A stretch of 63,228 bases of DNA, filler included, from Pelomyxa schiedti (lineage: Eukaryota > Protista > Evosea): NCBI GenBank assembly GCA_020536535.1. It is 13 parts of 13 records of this genome, joined end to end, with 100 filler letters (N's around TTAATTAATTAA, not from the genome) between each part and the next. Parts side by side here need not be neighbours in the genome. Positions count along the whole stretch, not along the records: positions 49,200 to 51,233 come from JAHLWZ010002166.1; positions 51,334 to 53,257 come from JAHLWZ010002207.1; positions 53,358 to 56,645 come from JAHLWZ010001772.1; positions 56,746 to 58,460 come from JAHLWZ010002315.1; positions 58,561 to 60,281 come from JAHLWZ010002306.1; positions 60,382 to 62,064 come from JAHLWZ010002333.1; 7 more parts are not named here. The stretch is one strand, 5' to 3'. Both the position numbers and the translations under genes were made by a program. Shown here piece after piece: positions 50,812-62,164 of the stretch. How positions within the stretch are numbered: the first letter of the stretch is position 1; each line of letters opens with the position of its first letter. The notes beneath the pieces were generated by a model, which saw only the letters and a list, made by a program, of their open reading frames with translations, made no database searches and was not told the DNA's origin.

Positions 50812-51217
50812 ATGCTGAAGAAGAAGTTGTTGTTGATGGGACGTCGAGGGGCAGGGAAGTCGTCGATGAGGTGCATCGTGTTTGCTGACTACAGGGGTAT
50901 TTGTTGTTTGTTTTTTTTTTCGTTTTTGTGTTGTGCCAAAGTCCTTTTTTTTTCTTTTTGGAATTGGGTTTTCTCCCCCCTTAACTGATTAAAAAACCTT
51001 TTTTTCTTTTCCCCCTTTCCATTTTAGCACGGGATACTATGCATTCTATCAAGCCCACAAGTAAGAATCCAGGTTGTTTGTGTTGCTTGAAATAACACCC
51101 TCCAAAGTTGATGTGGATGAGACTCATATAAAGTTCATGGGTAATATAACCTTACCTTCTTTACCTCTTACTTATTGCACCAGGTAATTTGGTTCTCAAT
51201 CTGCTCGACTGCGGAGG
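50812..51217 (+). CDS. Rag A/B (Gtr1)-like GTPase, 5' part
   Basis: Spliced MLKKKLLLMGRRGAGKSSMRCIVFADYR/ARDTMHSIKPT/IDVDETHIKFM/GNLVLNLLDCGG. Confidence 0.85.
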
Positions 51218-51333
51218 GTATATTACCCAGGACNNNNNNNNNNNNNNNNNNNNNNNNNNNNNNNNNNNNNNNNNNNNTTAATTAATTAANNNNNNNNNNN
51301 NNNNNNNNNNNNNNNNNNNNNNNNNNNNNNNNN

Positions 51334-53043
51334 CCAGTGGCGGATGGGTTGGACGCCCTCACGTCGTTTGGCAGCGGGGACCATGTTGAGGCGTTCCGCC
51401 AGTGCCTCCCCTTGCTTATGGGTCACCATAGCCCTCACGACGACTTCAACATCAACACAATCGGCAAAATCGTAACGGCCACCAACAACACAAACTCAAC
51501 AACAACACAAACAACAACACCCACTCAGAGTCTGGATGCTTCTTCTTTTGAAACTACTACTGCTACTGCATTATCACCAGGGTTAATGAAACAGGAACCC
51601 AGCAGTAGTGGTGGTGGCAGTAGTACTACCCTCGTTGAATCACATCAATCAACACAGGGATGTAATGATGGCGCTGTTGGGGTTGCTGTGGAGCCATTGC
51701 CTGGGAAGGCACTGGGATTGGTTCTGCTGAGATACATTTACAGCAGCAAACCGGACCTGTTCAGCCACCAAAGGCCACATAATGAGTACTTGTTGGACGC
51801 ATTGCTGGAGAGAGCGAGGAGCTGCAGCGCCGAGTGTCACAGGTTCATGATGGAGGTGTTGGACAGAGCCTGCAGTATCAAAGTTGTTGATGATGGCGAT
51901 GACGGGGGGAAGTCAAGGGCACTGTTCTGTGCAGGACACTTCATCAAGGGTTCTTTGCTGTTCCAGGCAATTGGAGTTGAGGAGGACTTCAGGGGGTGCA
52001 TGGTTCAGATGAAGGAATGTGAGAGGTATAACTTTGCGTGGGCACAGAACACGATTGGGTTGTGCTATGAAACCGGAAAGGGGGTGCAAAAGGATTCAGT
52101 GAAAGCCTTCCAGTACTACATGTTGGCGGCCCAGCAGGGGGAATTGAACGCACAGAGGAACGTCGGCCTGTGTTACAAGAATGGCGAGGGAGTCAACATG
52201 GACAAGACAGAGGCAGTTCGCTGGTTCAAAATGAGCTCTGCCCTGCCCATTTCCTGTGCAAACCTGTCAAATTGCTACAGGAACGGAGACGGTATCAAAA
52301 AGGACCCAGTGGAAAGCCTGAGGCTTCTGAAGCTGGCTGCTGAGAAGGGTGTCAAAACTGCACAGTGCAAACTCGCAGGGGAGACCAGTGACCCAGTGGA
52401 GGCCTTTAGGCTGTTGAGCCTTGCTGCTGCACAAGGGGACGCCGTTGCACAGTTCAAGGTTGGGACTGCTCTCATAAAGGGAAATGGGGTGGAGAAGAAT
52501 CCTGCCGAGGCTGCAAGGTTCTTCAGAATGGCCGCTGCACAAGGAGTACACGCTGCCATGAGGGCCTTGGGTGTCATGTGCGAAGAAGGCAACGGTCTTC
52601 CACGGGACTCATCAGAGTCCTTCAGGTGGTTCCGGCAGGCTGCTGATTTGGGCTACAGTGTGGCCCAGAGTGACGTGGGATGGTGCTACTACACTGGCAC
52701 AGGTGTTGGCAGAGACTTCTCAATGGCCGTTTACTGGTACCAAAAGGCCATTGACAACCCCAAAGGCACTGCATCGCAGGCACACAACAACCTGGCGCTG
52801 TGCTACAGCAGGGGCCACGGTGTCACACAGAACCTGGGGGAGGCATTCAGGCTCTACAGAACATCAGCAATCCAGGGAAACGCGTTCTCTCAGTTCAACG
52901 CGGCACTGTCACTGGAGCACCACAACGGCACACCAACCAAGGATACGAGGGAGGCAATGAGGTGGTACCGATTGGCTGCATCACGTGGCCACACCACCTC
53001 CATCAAGAGATTGGAAAAGATAGTCATTCAATGCAAGCCATAG
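51334..53043 (+). CDS. SEL1-like repeat protein, intronless, 5'-truncated
   Basis: About 9 repeats of AQxxxGxCYxxGxGVxKDxxxAxxW/YxxAAxxG. Confidence 0.92.
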   Translation, partial: PVADGLDALTSFGSGDHVEAFRQCLPLLMGHHSPHDDFNINTIGKIVTATNNTNSTTTQTTTPTQSLDASSFETTTATALSPGLMKQEPSSSGGGSSTTLVESHQSTQGCNDGAVGVAVEPLPGKALGLVLLRYIYSSKPDLFSHQRPHNEYLLDALLERARSCSAECHRFMMEVLDRACSIKVVDDGDDGGKSRALFCAGHFIKGSLLFQAIGVEEDFRGCMVQMKECERYNFAWAQNTIGLCYETGKGVQKDSVKAFQYYMLAAQQGELNAQRNVGLCYKNGEGVNMDKTEAVRWFKMSSALPISCANLSNCYRNGDGIKKDPVESLRLLKLAAEKGVKTAQCKLAGETSDPVEAFRLLSLAAAQGDAVAQFKVGTALIKGNGVEKNPAEAARFFRMAAAQGVHAAMRALGVMCEEGNGLPRDSSESFRWFRQAADLGYSVAQSDVGWCYYTGTGVGRDFSMAVYWYQKAIDNPKGTASQAHNNLALCYSRGHGVTQNLGEAFRLYRTSAIQGNAFSQFNAALSLEHHNGTPTKDTREAMRWYRLAASRGHTTSIKRLEKIVIQCKP

Positions 53044-53082
53044 CAGACAGATTGTGCTTTAGCTTTTCCCCAAGACTACATA

Positions 53083-53257
53083 CACCGGGGGGCGAGTCAA
53101 GTGAGAAAAACAGAATTTTTTAGTGAGCAAGGCAGCGTGAAGCGGCCCGATTTTGCCGGGATTTGTTGATGTTTTGTGCCGCGGGGCGGTTGGCGCGGCG
53201 CCGCGGCGGCAGCGCGGCGTGTGTGTTCGTTGAATCGGGTCTCGCCGCGGCTGTGCG
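53083..53257 (+). mobile_element. End of a dispersed repeat (putative TA-targeting DNA transposon or MITE), copy 1
   Basis: Highly similar to 62776-62947. Similarity starts abruptly at TA|CACCGGGGGGCRAGTCAAGTGAG. Confidence 0.7.
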
Positions 53258-53638
53258 NNNNNNNNNNNNNNNNNNNNNNNNNNNNNNNNNNNNNNNNNNN
53301 NTTAATTAATTAANNNNNNNNNNNNNNNNNNNNNNNNNNNNNNNNNNNNNNNNNNNNGTCTTACACCTGGCATGCAAAAATGAAGGTTCCTAACTACAAC
53401 AATTACAACCAGCAACATCCGTGTGGTGACTCTTGCTAGGTACCAACGAATTTGAGACTGTGGTTGTACCCAAGTCCTCCAGCTCTTGATAGCAAACACA
53501 AACAGAGCTTGTGTTTGTTTTGTGACACTACACAAATCCCAACCGTGCAAAAGAAAAAACCCTTTGCATTACCTATGTTCCTTGACACAACATTCAAACA
53601 ACGGTATACTTCTTTCTTTTAGTTTCTATCCTCTTCTG

Positions 53639-56521
53639 TTATCTTCTCCCCCCTCTTCTCGCTCTCTTGATGTTGTGTTGCTTGTGCTTCGCTGCCTGTG
53701 GTGCCCTGTCAGCCCTCTTTCTCCAAGACTGACGGCCGCCGCCGGAGAGCTTCCACTCCACATCGCGCTCATCATCGCTGTCACCCACAAGGGCATCAAA
53801 CTGCTTCTTGGATATCTTGCCGCTCTTGAGCTTCCGCATCAGCCTTGTCTCCCTGTTTATATCATCCAGCTGCTCCTCCTCCACCTCCCTTTTCCTCTGC
53901 CTCCTCTGTTCTTCCTCCTCGATGCTTTCTTCATGGTCCTCCTCTCGTCCCCGTTTCAGCTTCTCTTTCTCCAGCCTTTGCTTTTCGGCTCTGTTGTTTT
54001 ATTTATTTTTCGTTTGTGTGTCTTATATGTTTCTATTTGCACTGTTGTAATGCGTTTTTATTGTAGTGGTTGGGAGTGAAATTGGTGAGTGAGGGAACAC
54101 ATACTGTTGCTTTCTTTGCTTGTTTTCTTCGAGTTGTTTTTGGCGTAGTTTCTCGGCACTGGCGTCAAGGTATGGAATTGCTCCAAAATTAATTTTGGCG
54201 TCTGCAAAATTCACTTGTTTGCGCTTCAATTCTTTCATGGCCGGGAACTGTACATGAGCAGGCAGGTGGTTATTTGATTTATATTGTGTATAGTGTTGGT
54301 GAAGGAAAATACCCTAATCAGGGCAAATCCTCTAGCTAATTCGGCCAAATCCAGCTGCTGGAATTGGAATATATACGAACAAATATGTTCTTTGTAGCCG
54401 CGAACATATGATACAAACGCGGTTTGTGACTGAAAAAAGAGGTTAGAAAAGGCTGTGAAAAGGTATAATACTCTAGTGAATATCTCTCTTGATTTCATGG
54501 CGAGGGCTCTCACTTCTTCCAATACATTTGACTCGGAACTTTTCCCAGCTGTGGTACTTGTACTGGTGGTGACTACTAATTTCCTCCTTGGTTTACTACG
54601 CCCTTTTGGTTCTGCCTTGCGGCTTGTGGTTGAGGGGAGTTCCTGTGGCCTACCGCTAGGAATATCCATTTCACTGAGTGGAACATTTCGCAGCTTCATA
54701 AATTCTATGTATGCCATTTCTGAGGGCTGTAAGAATAGTATACTTTTTCCAGCTGCTCCCATTCTCGCTGTCCTTCCAATGCGGTGTACAAACATCTTAG
54801 GGTCCTGCGGTGCGTCATATCTGTAAAAGATTAGCAAGGAAAATAATGGGAAAAAAGTGCGGGAGGAAACGAACTGTAAGATCCAATCGACTCTTGGGAA
54901 ATCAAGACCACGAGCAGCAACATCAGTGCACAAAAGAATAGAACAAGACGACTCAATAAATTGCTGGAATGTTTCTGTATGGATTCAGTATTTCACCAGT
55001 GTAGTGATGAAGGATACTGTTTCTTCTTTTTTGATCTAATTTTCCGTGTAGTGCAAGAAAATGTAGGTGCGAGGTTATTTCTAGTGTGCATAATACCTGT
55101 TCACATTTAAGTAATAGGAAAATCCATGAGACACACTTTATAGAAGTAATCCACGCAGCTGCATGTGAGGAAATATACAATTACTTTGCACTCCTTCCTT
55201 TCCAATAAAAGAGTGATTAAAACCTCAAATTTCTTCTCATTGGAAATTTGTATATAGGAGTTCGTGAGCCTACAAAAATGAGTAAAAGAAAAAGAAAAAC
55301 AAAGTGCTTGCCGATCAGGGAGTTCGGTTACAGCAGCAGAGGTCTCCGTGTTTGAAATTGTCACTGAAACAGGGTTGCGTGTGATACTATGAAATAGGTC
55401 ACCAACTGCTTCACTCATTGTTGCAGAGAAAAGACCCTATGGGTTGAATGAGATGAACTAATACAGAGAAATGGCGTGCAGTTGTATTAATACTGGAGGG
55501 AGAGTAATGCAGGCAGTACAGTTCGTCTTTGCTTTGGCAGCATCGCCAGTATATTGGTGAGAGTATTGTGAAATCCAAGTTCAAGAAGCCTACAGCGATA
55601 AATAAGTGAGTTGGGTTTTGTGGAAAGGGTGCCGTAAACCTATCGGCTTCATCAAGTACAAGCACTTCCAGCTTCTTGAAACTGAGCTTGGGGCAGCCTT
55701 CCATGATCTGTTGTACACATCAGCCCCACTCGAATAATAGTTCATTTGTAAACCTCCAATATGCGCCCAGGAGATCCCACAATGATAGCGTGTATTCCGC
55801 GATTAGCCTTTTGAACATCAATGAGTAGGTCACTCCCTCCAGTTAGCAGCAATGGCTTTCCCAAGGGTGTCTGCGGAGTAAACTGGGAAACAATGCCCGA
55901 TATTTGAAGAGCGAGCTCCCTATCACCCAGTTAACAAGAGGTAATGCGGAACTAGTTCCCCACACACCTGGTTGGCGCAATAATCAGACCCCCCACAGCC
56001 TTAAAGTAGTGTTCGTCAGAATCAGCATCATCCTCACTCTGTCCAGCTTTATCTAGCTGTGAGAGTAGCATTTCCACAACCGGCACCACGTAAGCAATTG
56101 TCTTTCCACTTCCCGTGCACGCCTGTACAATAATGGGTGTAATAATACGGTGAATGAATTGAATGGAAATACAACACACGGAGGACGAGGCCACGCATCA
56201 CGCGTGTATGCATTTAATACAATTATTACTCAACAATAACTAAATTAAATACGGACAGACAGACAGGCGTTGATTGACATGACATACCTGAACGAGCACG
56301 TCCTTGTTTGACAGGAACAAAGGGATCGTCTTTGCCTGCACGGGTGTCATTCCCTTGAACCCCAGCGTGTCATTCAAAGTTGTCAACGTAGTCTTGTGCA
56401 ACTTGGGTCGCAACCTGTTGTCCACCAGAAAAAAAAAAAAAACCCAAAAGTCATCAACAATTTGTATCATGAACAAAAGAGGGGACACTGACGCAGTCCA
56501 GGTCCCCGCGGTAGCCAACAT
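53639..56521 (-). CDS. DDX55: DEAD-box rRNA helicase DDX55/Spb4
   Basis: MTPVQ, ACTGSGKT, APTRELA, DEADRLL, FSAT, LHGK, TDVAARGLD, HRIGRTARMG, AFVSYVRGYKEHICSYIF and a basic C-terminus. Confidence 0.93.
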
Positions 56522-56745
56522 GGGGTCTCCCTTCAATTTCCGACGTGCAACTGCAACAAACGACGAAAAAAAAAGGGACGATCACATTTTTTTTCCCTTA
56601 AAAGTTATGTGTCTCAAGCCATTGCCTTAACTCCTTGGAAAGAAGNNNNNNNNNNNNNNNNNNNNNNNNNNNNNNNNNNNNNNNNNNNNTTAATTAATTA
56701 ANNNNNNNNNNNNNNNNNNNNNNNNNNNNNNNNNNNNNNNNNNNN

Positions 56746-57393
56746 CAGCAGACAATCCAGGGGACTGAATTGCCAGCATCCGCTGGCTGGTTGATTTTTT
56801 GAACTGGAAGTTCACCTCATTGTGGCATCCAGGTGACTGGGATCATGTGCGTGAATGTCTTTTAATGTACTCACTCGAGGCCAAGGAGACCCACTGCTAC
56901 TCCAGTTCTCACCCCATGATCCTTTTTGATTATAAACACCAGCTGTAATAATCGTCAAAAAAAGAAAAAAAAAAAAAAAAAAACAACAACACAACGAACT
57001 GTGCCGAAGGTACCTGCAAGAAAAAACCCATACAGACGTTCGATTTCAGCTGGAGAAGTAGTGAATCCCTCGCACCCATCAACATTTTCGTGTGTGTACC
57101 TTCATAGAGCTCTATGAACACAAATGAAAGAACAAACGTTTAGCCACACCGGTTTGTCTCCTCTGCTACATGGGTAAAAAAAGTCTCATCAAATATTTCC
57201 CGCCAGAAATCGTAGCTGATGAGTAAAAGTGGCTCTGAGAACATTAGCAAAGACACTGTGTCAGACGTGCTGCTAACCAGAATAGTGTTTCACAGGACCA
57301 ACCAAGCCACCAAAATTCCTTTGTGGCAACTCATCAGCACTGTCTCCATAGATCAGGGTTGGTGCACCAGTCCGCAGGAAGAGTGGTACTCAT
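56746..57393 (-). mobile_element. piggyBac-like transposase (DDE_Tnp_1_7) N-terminal part, interrupted by spliceosomal introns; probably degenerate
   Basis: Spliced NFGGLVGPVKHYS/EPLLLISYDFWREIFDETFFTHVAEETNR/YTHENVDGCEGFTTSPAEIERLYGFFLA/AGVYNQKGSWGENWSS matches the piggyBac pattern F.G..GP..DFF..FFD..IVEETNRYA..T..EI..F.G..G..YWS. There is an apparent 1-nt frameshift after the ATG segment. Confidence 0.72.
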
Positions 57394-57431
57394 AGAGGAG
57401 GAAGCAAAGGTTTTTGTTTTTTTTTTTCCTT

Positions 57432-57750
57432 GGGTTCCGGATACGTGTCCCACAGGGGAGGCACCGGACACAAATCCCTTTTTTTTTTGTTCCGGATACG
57501 TGTCCCACAGGAAATGTGCAGGACACATCGCCGAAAGTCAGTTTCGGATATGTGTCCCACAGGAAATGTGCAGGACACATCTCCGATTTGGGTTCCGGAC
57601 ATGTGTCCCTCGGAAATGTTCAGGACACATCTCCGAAAGTCAGTTTCAGAGATGTGTCCCGCGGAAATGTTCAGGACACATCTCCGAAACTGACTTTCGG
57701 AGATGTATCCCACAGGAAATGTTCAGGACACATCTCCGAAAGTCAGTTTC
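57432..57750. repeat. Tandem array of six ~51-bp palindromic units
   Basis: Unit: ATGTGTCC-cacaggaaatgt(g/t)ca-GGACACAT followed by the linker CTCCGAAAGTCAGTTTCGGAG. Confidence 0.92.
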
Positions 57751-58560
57751 CCTCAAACTGCGAAACACTGAGGAACAGCCTTTGCATTCACTGCACACAG
57801 GTTTTTTTTGAAAACAAACAACAAAAACCAATGGACAGAGAGAAACTACTCACTGGGCCAGAAGTCCCAGTACTGACACAAAGTCCTCCGGAGAGACCTT
57901 TATACCAATGACCAACACGAAGCAGGTTAATCCATATTTTAGTGTCCCAGCATGGGACACTTTTATGAGGCTGTATGTGTCGCGGGTAAGCTCCTGTACT
58001 TTTTATTATTATGATTATTATTTCTTGTTTATTGCCTTATCTACAACAACGCTAATTCGAAATGGATTCTTTCCTTTCTGTTTTTGCAGGCAGTGAAGCT
58101 AGTTTCACAAAGCAACTATATACGAAGTCTCCCTGCAGTACACATGTCACTTGGACAGAGTATAGCCACAAACGAGCGGGAAAACCTCCCTAATCCCAAT
58201 GGGGATCCCCGGCCTTCCTTGCAGGACTTCAACGATGCGTGCATTGTGAGCGAGGAGGTGTAGTATCTCCAGTTTCCACAGGTTGAGCGAAGGTTACAGT
58301 AAAAATCTCTAAAACTACTTAGATCACACATGTGTTTGATCAGATCCGACACCTTGAACAGGGCGCCATGGGGCACCTCGTCGATACGATGTTGAAAACT
58401 GGAGTTGACCAGTCGTTACTTCCGATCTGTGTAGTACCGCTGACAGCGGACGACGCTACCNNNNNNNNNNNNNNNNNNNNNNNNNNNNNNNNNNNNNNNN
58501 NNNNTTAATTAATTAANNNNNNNNNNNNNNNNNNNNNNNNNNNNNNNNNNNNNNNNNNNN

Positions 58561-59161
58561 CAACTGGAAAAGCTTCATCAAAACGCACAAACCCAGCAGT
58601 GCCTCTGGCAACATCCCCGCCACCACAATCACCATCCGTTGCACCGATTTTCACCACATACAACGTGCGCCCACTGCTGTGGATCCACCACATGTGGTTC
58701 CCATCCCACCCCCAGAACAGGTTCCTTGGGTCGTCGTCGGCGACCAGCAGCCGGCTCTCCAGGGGGGCATCCAGGTCGTGCAGAATGAAGCTCAGGATTC
58801 CCTCGCCCGTCAAACACCGCACGATGAAGCGGGTTCCCACAATGAGGACGCAGATCGGCTGCTGAAAAGCGTCGCAGGCCGTGGCGTGCGGCTCGCGCAG
58901 GTCCCTGGTGACACTCATCAGGGAGGATGACACTCCAATGGTGAAGTAGACACGGCGGTTGGAGGGGTGCGAGTTCATCACAACGGCGAACACCATCTCG
59001 GAGTCGCGGAGGCACCAGTCCCACAACGGAGAGGTCGCGAGCGGCGGGAGGGACGCGAAGTGGCGGGCGGGGCTCATCGCTCCACACCGATTGTGGGACG
59101 CCATCACCAACGCCAGGAGTTGGTCTCGCGCACGGAAAGCCGCTGTTGTTGTCGGGTTCAT
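58561..59161 (-). CDS. Intronless 'DQF-RCG' family protein, 5' part
   Basis: ARDQLLALVMASHNRCGAMSPA, FTIGVSSSL, GNHMW. Confidence 0.75.
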
Positions 59162-59878
59162 TGGTTTGATGTTGATCAAAGGGACGCGAAAAAAATGGGA
59201 AAAGACATGTTCAGTAAAGCTTCAACCCCAGGGACCGTAGGAGTTTTTTCCTTTGTGTCCGACAGTACCCGTGGTTAGACCCATTGCCGAACATTGACAT
59301 TATCGCTAATGAGCGAACCAACTTGTATCTTTTCAAGGCAAAAACGTGATTCCATGTTGAATTGTGGGTTGGTCCGAATTGGTGGTTTGTTGGTTCCTTG
59401 TGGTGGCTGCTTGTAAAGGTGTGGATGTGTACTTCGCCAAAGTTATATCCATCACGGCCTGTTGTGCTTGTGGGAGCAACTCAGAGAGCTGTCAGCTCTT
59501 TAGTTTTTCGACCTGAGTTTGGGTGAGGAGTCTCTCCTGTAGTATGGTTCTTTCATTAATCAATTACTTTCCTTTTTGTTACTAAGAGGGATGGAAATAA
59601 GTGACACGTACCTTGATCTGCTCTTCTGCATTGTTCAGTTTGTCTTTGAGCTGTGTATTTTCATTTCTTCCAGTGACTTAAGGTAAAGAAAAAGAACTTG
59701 CATGAGCTGGAATGGGAACTTGCATCAACTGTGGTAGGGACGACCCCACCACATGTAAAGGAGTACCATCAGCACCATAGAATGTGTTGCCTTGGAGGAT
59801 GCCCTCCAAGGCACCATCACCTGGTAGTGAGAGTGGAGAAAGCGTCATCACTCCCTCGCCACGGTATCCTTTCTGTGG

Positions 59879-60281
59879 TCATCTTTCTAATGTGAACGCA
59901 CCTTGAAACTTGTCGTCATTCGGGTACTCCATGGTTCCCTTTACAGGAACACCAGTGTATGATGAACCATCCTGGCTCACCTCTTCGTCCCATTGCCGTA
60001 CTCCTTGCTGCACTCCCAGGTGCCTTGATACCTGTCGCCATTTGACCACACCCTCACGCCCGTGGAACTTGCCAGACTTCCATTCTCCAACATAGCTCCC
60101 CCCAGGGTCCTTGAGCAGGCTCTTGTCACCAAACAGCATCCTCCCTGTTCCACTCACCAAGCCCTGGTCAAACCGGCCCCAGTATATCGTACCTGTCTCC
60201 GGCGACCTCCACATCCCACGCCCATGCATCTGGTCGTTCTGCCACTCATACCCAGAGTACACAATCGCAGATACAAAATCA
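59879..60281 (-). pseudogene. Degenerate MORN-repeat protein fragment
   Basis: WQNDQMHGRG, YWGRFDQGLVSGTG, YVGEWKSGKFHG and PNDDKFQG, with scrambled or frameshifted segments. Confidence 0.6.
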
Positions 60282-60519
60282 NNNNNNNNNNNNNNNNNNN
60301 NNNNNNNNNNNNNNNNNNNNNNNNNTTAATTAATTAANNNNNNNNNNNNNNNNNNNNNNNNNNNNNNNNNNNNNNNNNNNNTTTTTTTTATCCAAATAAA
60401 AAAAACCCTCGTGGGGAGAGTCCTTCACGCTGAACGATCTCTCCTTCCTTCGCCTCGAGGCAACCGCCAACTACTCCATTCTGTGTTTATCCACACACCT
60501 TTTGTGCAACTCGGGGTGA

Positions 60520-61967
60520 TTGACGATGATGGCAAGCAACTTCCCTCCCCCTGCTCCTGTGATTATCTTTCAGAATGTTGAGACTCCACTGGCCCTGAGA
60601 CAGTCCACGCAATACCACGTACGCGTGTTCTGTCCCATCTGTTGTTGTTTTCATCCTACTCTAAAAAAAGGTGATCCTCAAAATTTCCCGCGAGTGGCAG
60701 ACGCAATCGGGACTCACACCAGCCAAAATTGTGATGTGCATATGGGACCTCAAATGTTACAAGGCCCCACCAGCCACCCCTTGTGTGGAGGGTTTTGGTT
60801 CGTTAATCCCCATCTCCCCTGCTGTCAGTTTAGAACTCATCATTTTGGCAATTGTATTTCTTTTATTCTCCCAGATGCCACTTTCTGCACAAAGTGTCGG
60901 GCAAGAAAACGTGGTACAATGAGAACCATCAAAGTCATTGAGGTTTGCAGGATGCCCAGTGCAGAAGAGAACGGGGCATTTTGGTACTACTCATTCACGA
61001 TCAAGCCTCTCTGTTGCTCATCCAAGTATGAGTGGTGGCACTGTTGCTACTCTCCATCTTATATCGTACTTTTATCCTTAACTGCACGGCTCTAATTCGC
61101 CTCAGGTCCCATTTTCATTCTGACCTCAATCTTGGGGTGAATTTAGGCACAGAGCTTTGCACGTCACCTCAGTTTTCACTGAAATCACATGCAAAACCAA
61201 ACAGTTTGCTCCTCCTCTCTTCTGTTCTTCCGAACCTGTGTCAACTTTCCCTCCCCACAGAACGCCGAGCCAAATTCGGGAGCCCGCAGACCCCTTGTTG
61301 CTCATGTGGAGAAAGTTCCAGCCGCTCATCACCTTCTCCCACAAAGTCGTCAGCAGAATGTTCAGGTAGCTCTGTAACAACAACTGGCACTCTGGAAGGA
61401 GTGATTTCCATCATATACTTGGTGACCACCTCTCAATTTGACACCAGTGAGATATGCCATGAACTGAGCAGTGTTCTCCAGGACACCTTCCCCCAGTTTC
61501 TCACTTCCTTCCGTGTTGGAATTCTCACACCCCTGCCGGCATTGGGTTCTCCACCACCTTCATTCCAGTGCCAGTTAGGTGGTGATGCGCAACGTAGTGC
61601 ACAGCCAAAAGACCGTTCTCCAGAGAAAGGCACAATAGCTTCCTGCACCACACAGCAGAGTGACTTGAGCACCACGCAATCCACCAGTGCCGTCATCCCA
61701 TGGGCTCTGGCCGGAATGATGATAAGCATCACCCTGACGTTCAGGGCTTCCTCTCATGATGAGGCACGGGAATTCAGAGGACGCATCCTCAAACAGCACA
61801 AGCTCTACCTCTCGAACCAGTGGCCTGAAGGGATGGAAAACTACACTGGCTCTGACCTCATTCACTCCAAAGAGTGGACGTTCATTGAGGAAAAGTTCTA
61901 TTACTATGACTGCCGCACACCTCCCTCAACTCCAGGAAGTTCATGCCGTCTGAGGACTGACACATAA
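60520..61967 (+). other. Hypothetical coding region (two overlapping ORFs; frameshifted gene or pseudogene)
   Basis: 191-aa and 311-aa ORFs overlap at 61032-61095. No recognised domain. Confidence 0.35.
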
Positions 61968-62164
61968 GAACCAAGCAAAGCCTAAGTGGCATCTAGAGAT
62001 TCTTATAAAATGCTACACCTTCATTCCCCAGCAAAAAACACAATCTGTGTGCCATCCACACATANNNNNNNNNNNNNNNNNNNNNNNNNNNNNNNNNNNN
62101 NNNNNNNNTTAATTAATTAANNNNNNNNNNNNNNNNNNNNNNNNNNNNNNNNNNNNNNNNNNNN

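Noticed and set aside
57432-57750. CRISPR-like appearance of the palindromic repeat array
   Set aside because: The intervening sequences are repeated rather than unique spacers, there are no cas genes, and the context is eukaryotic.
58116-58460. Possible Cys-rich transposon-associated (KDZ/CxC-like) ORF remnant on the minus strand
   Set aside because: It has an in-frame stop and no diagnostic motif; too weak to call.
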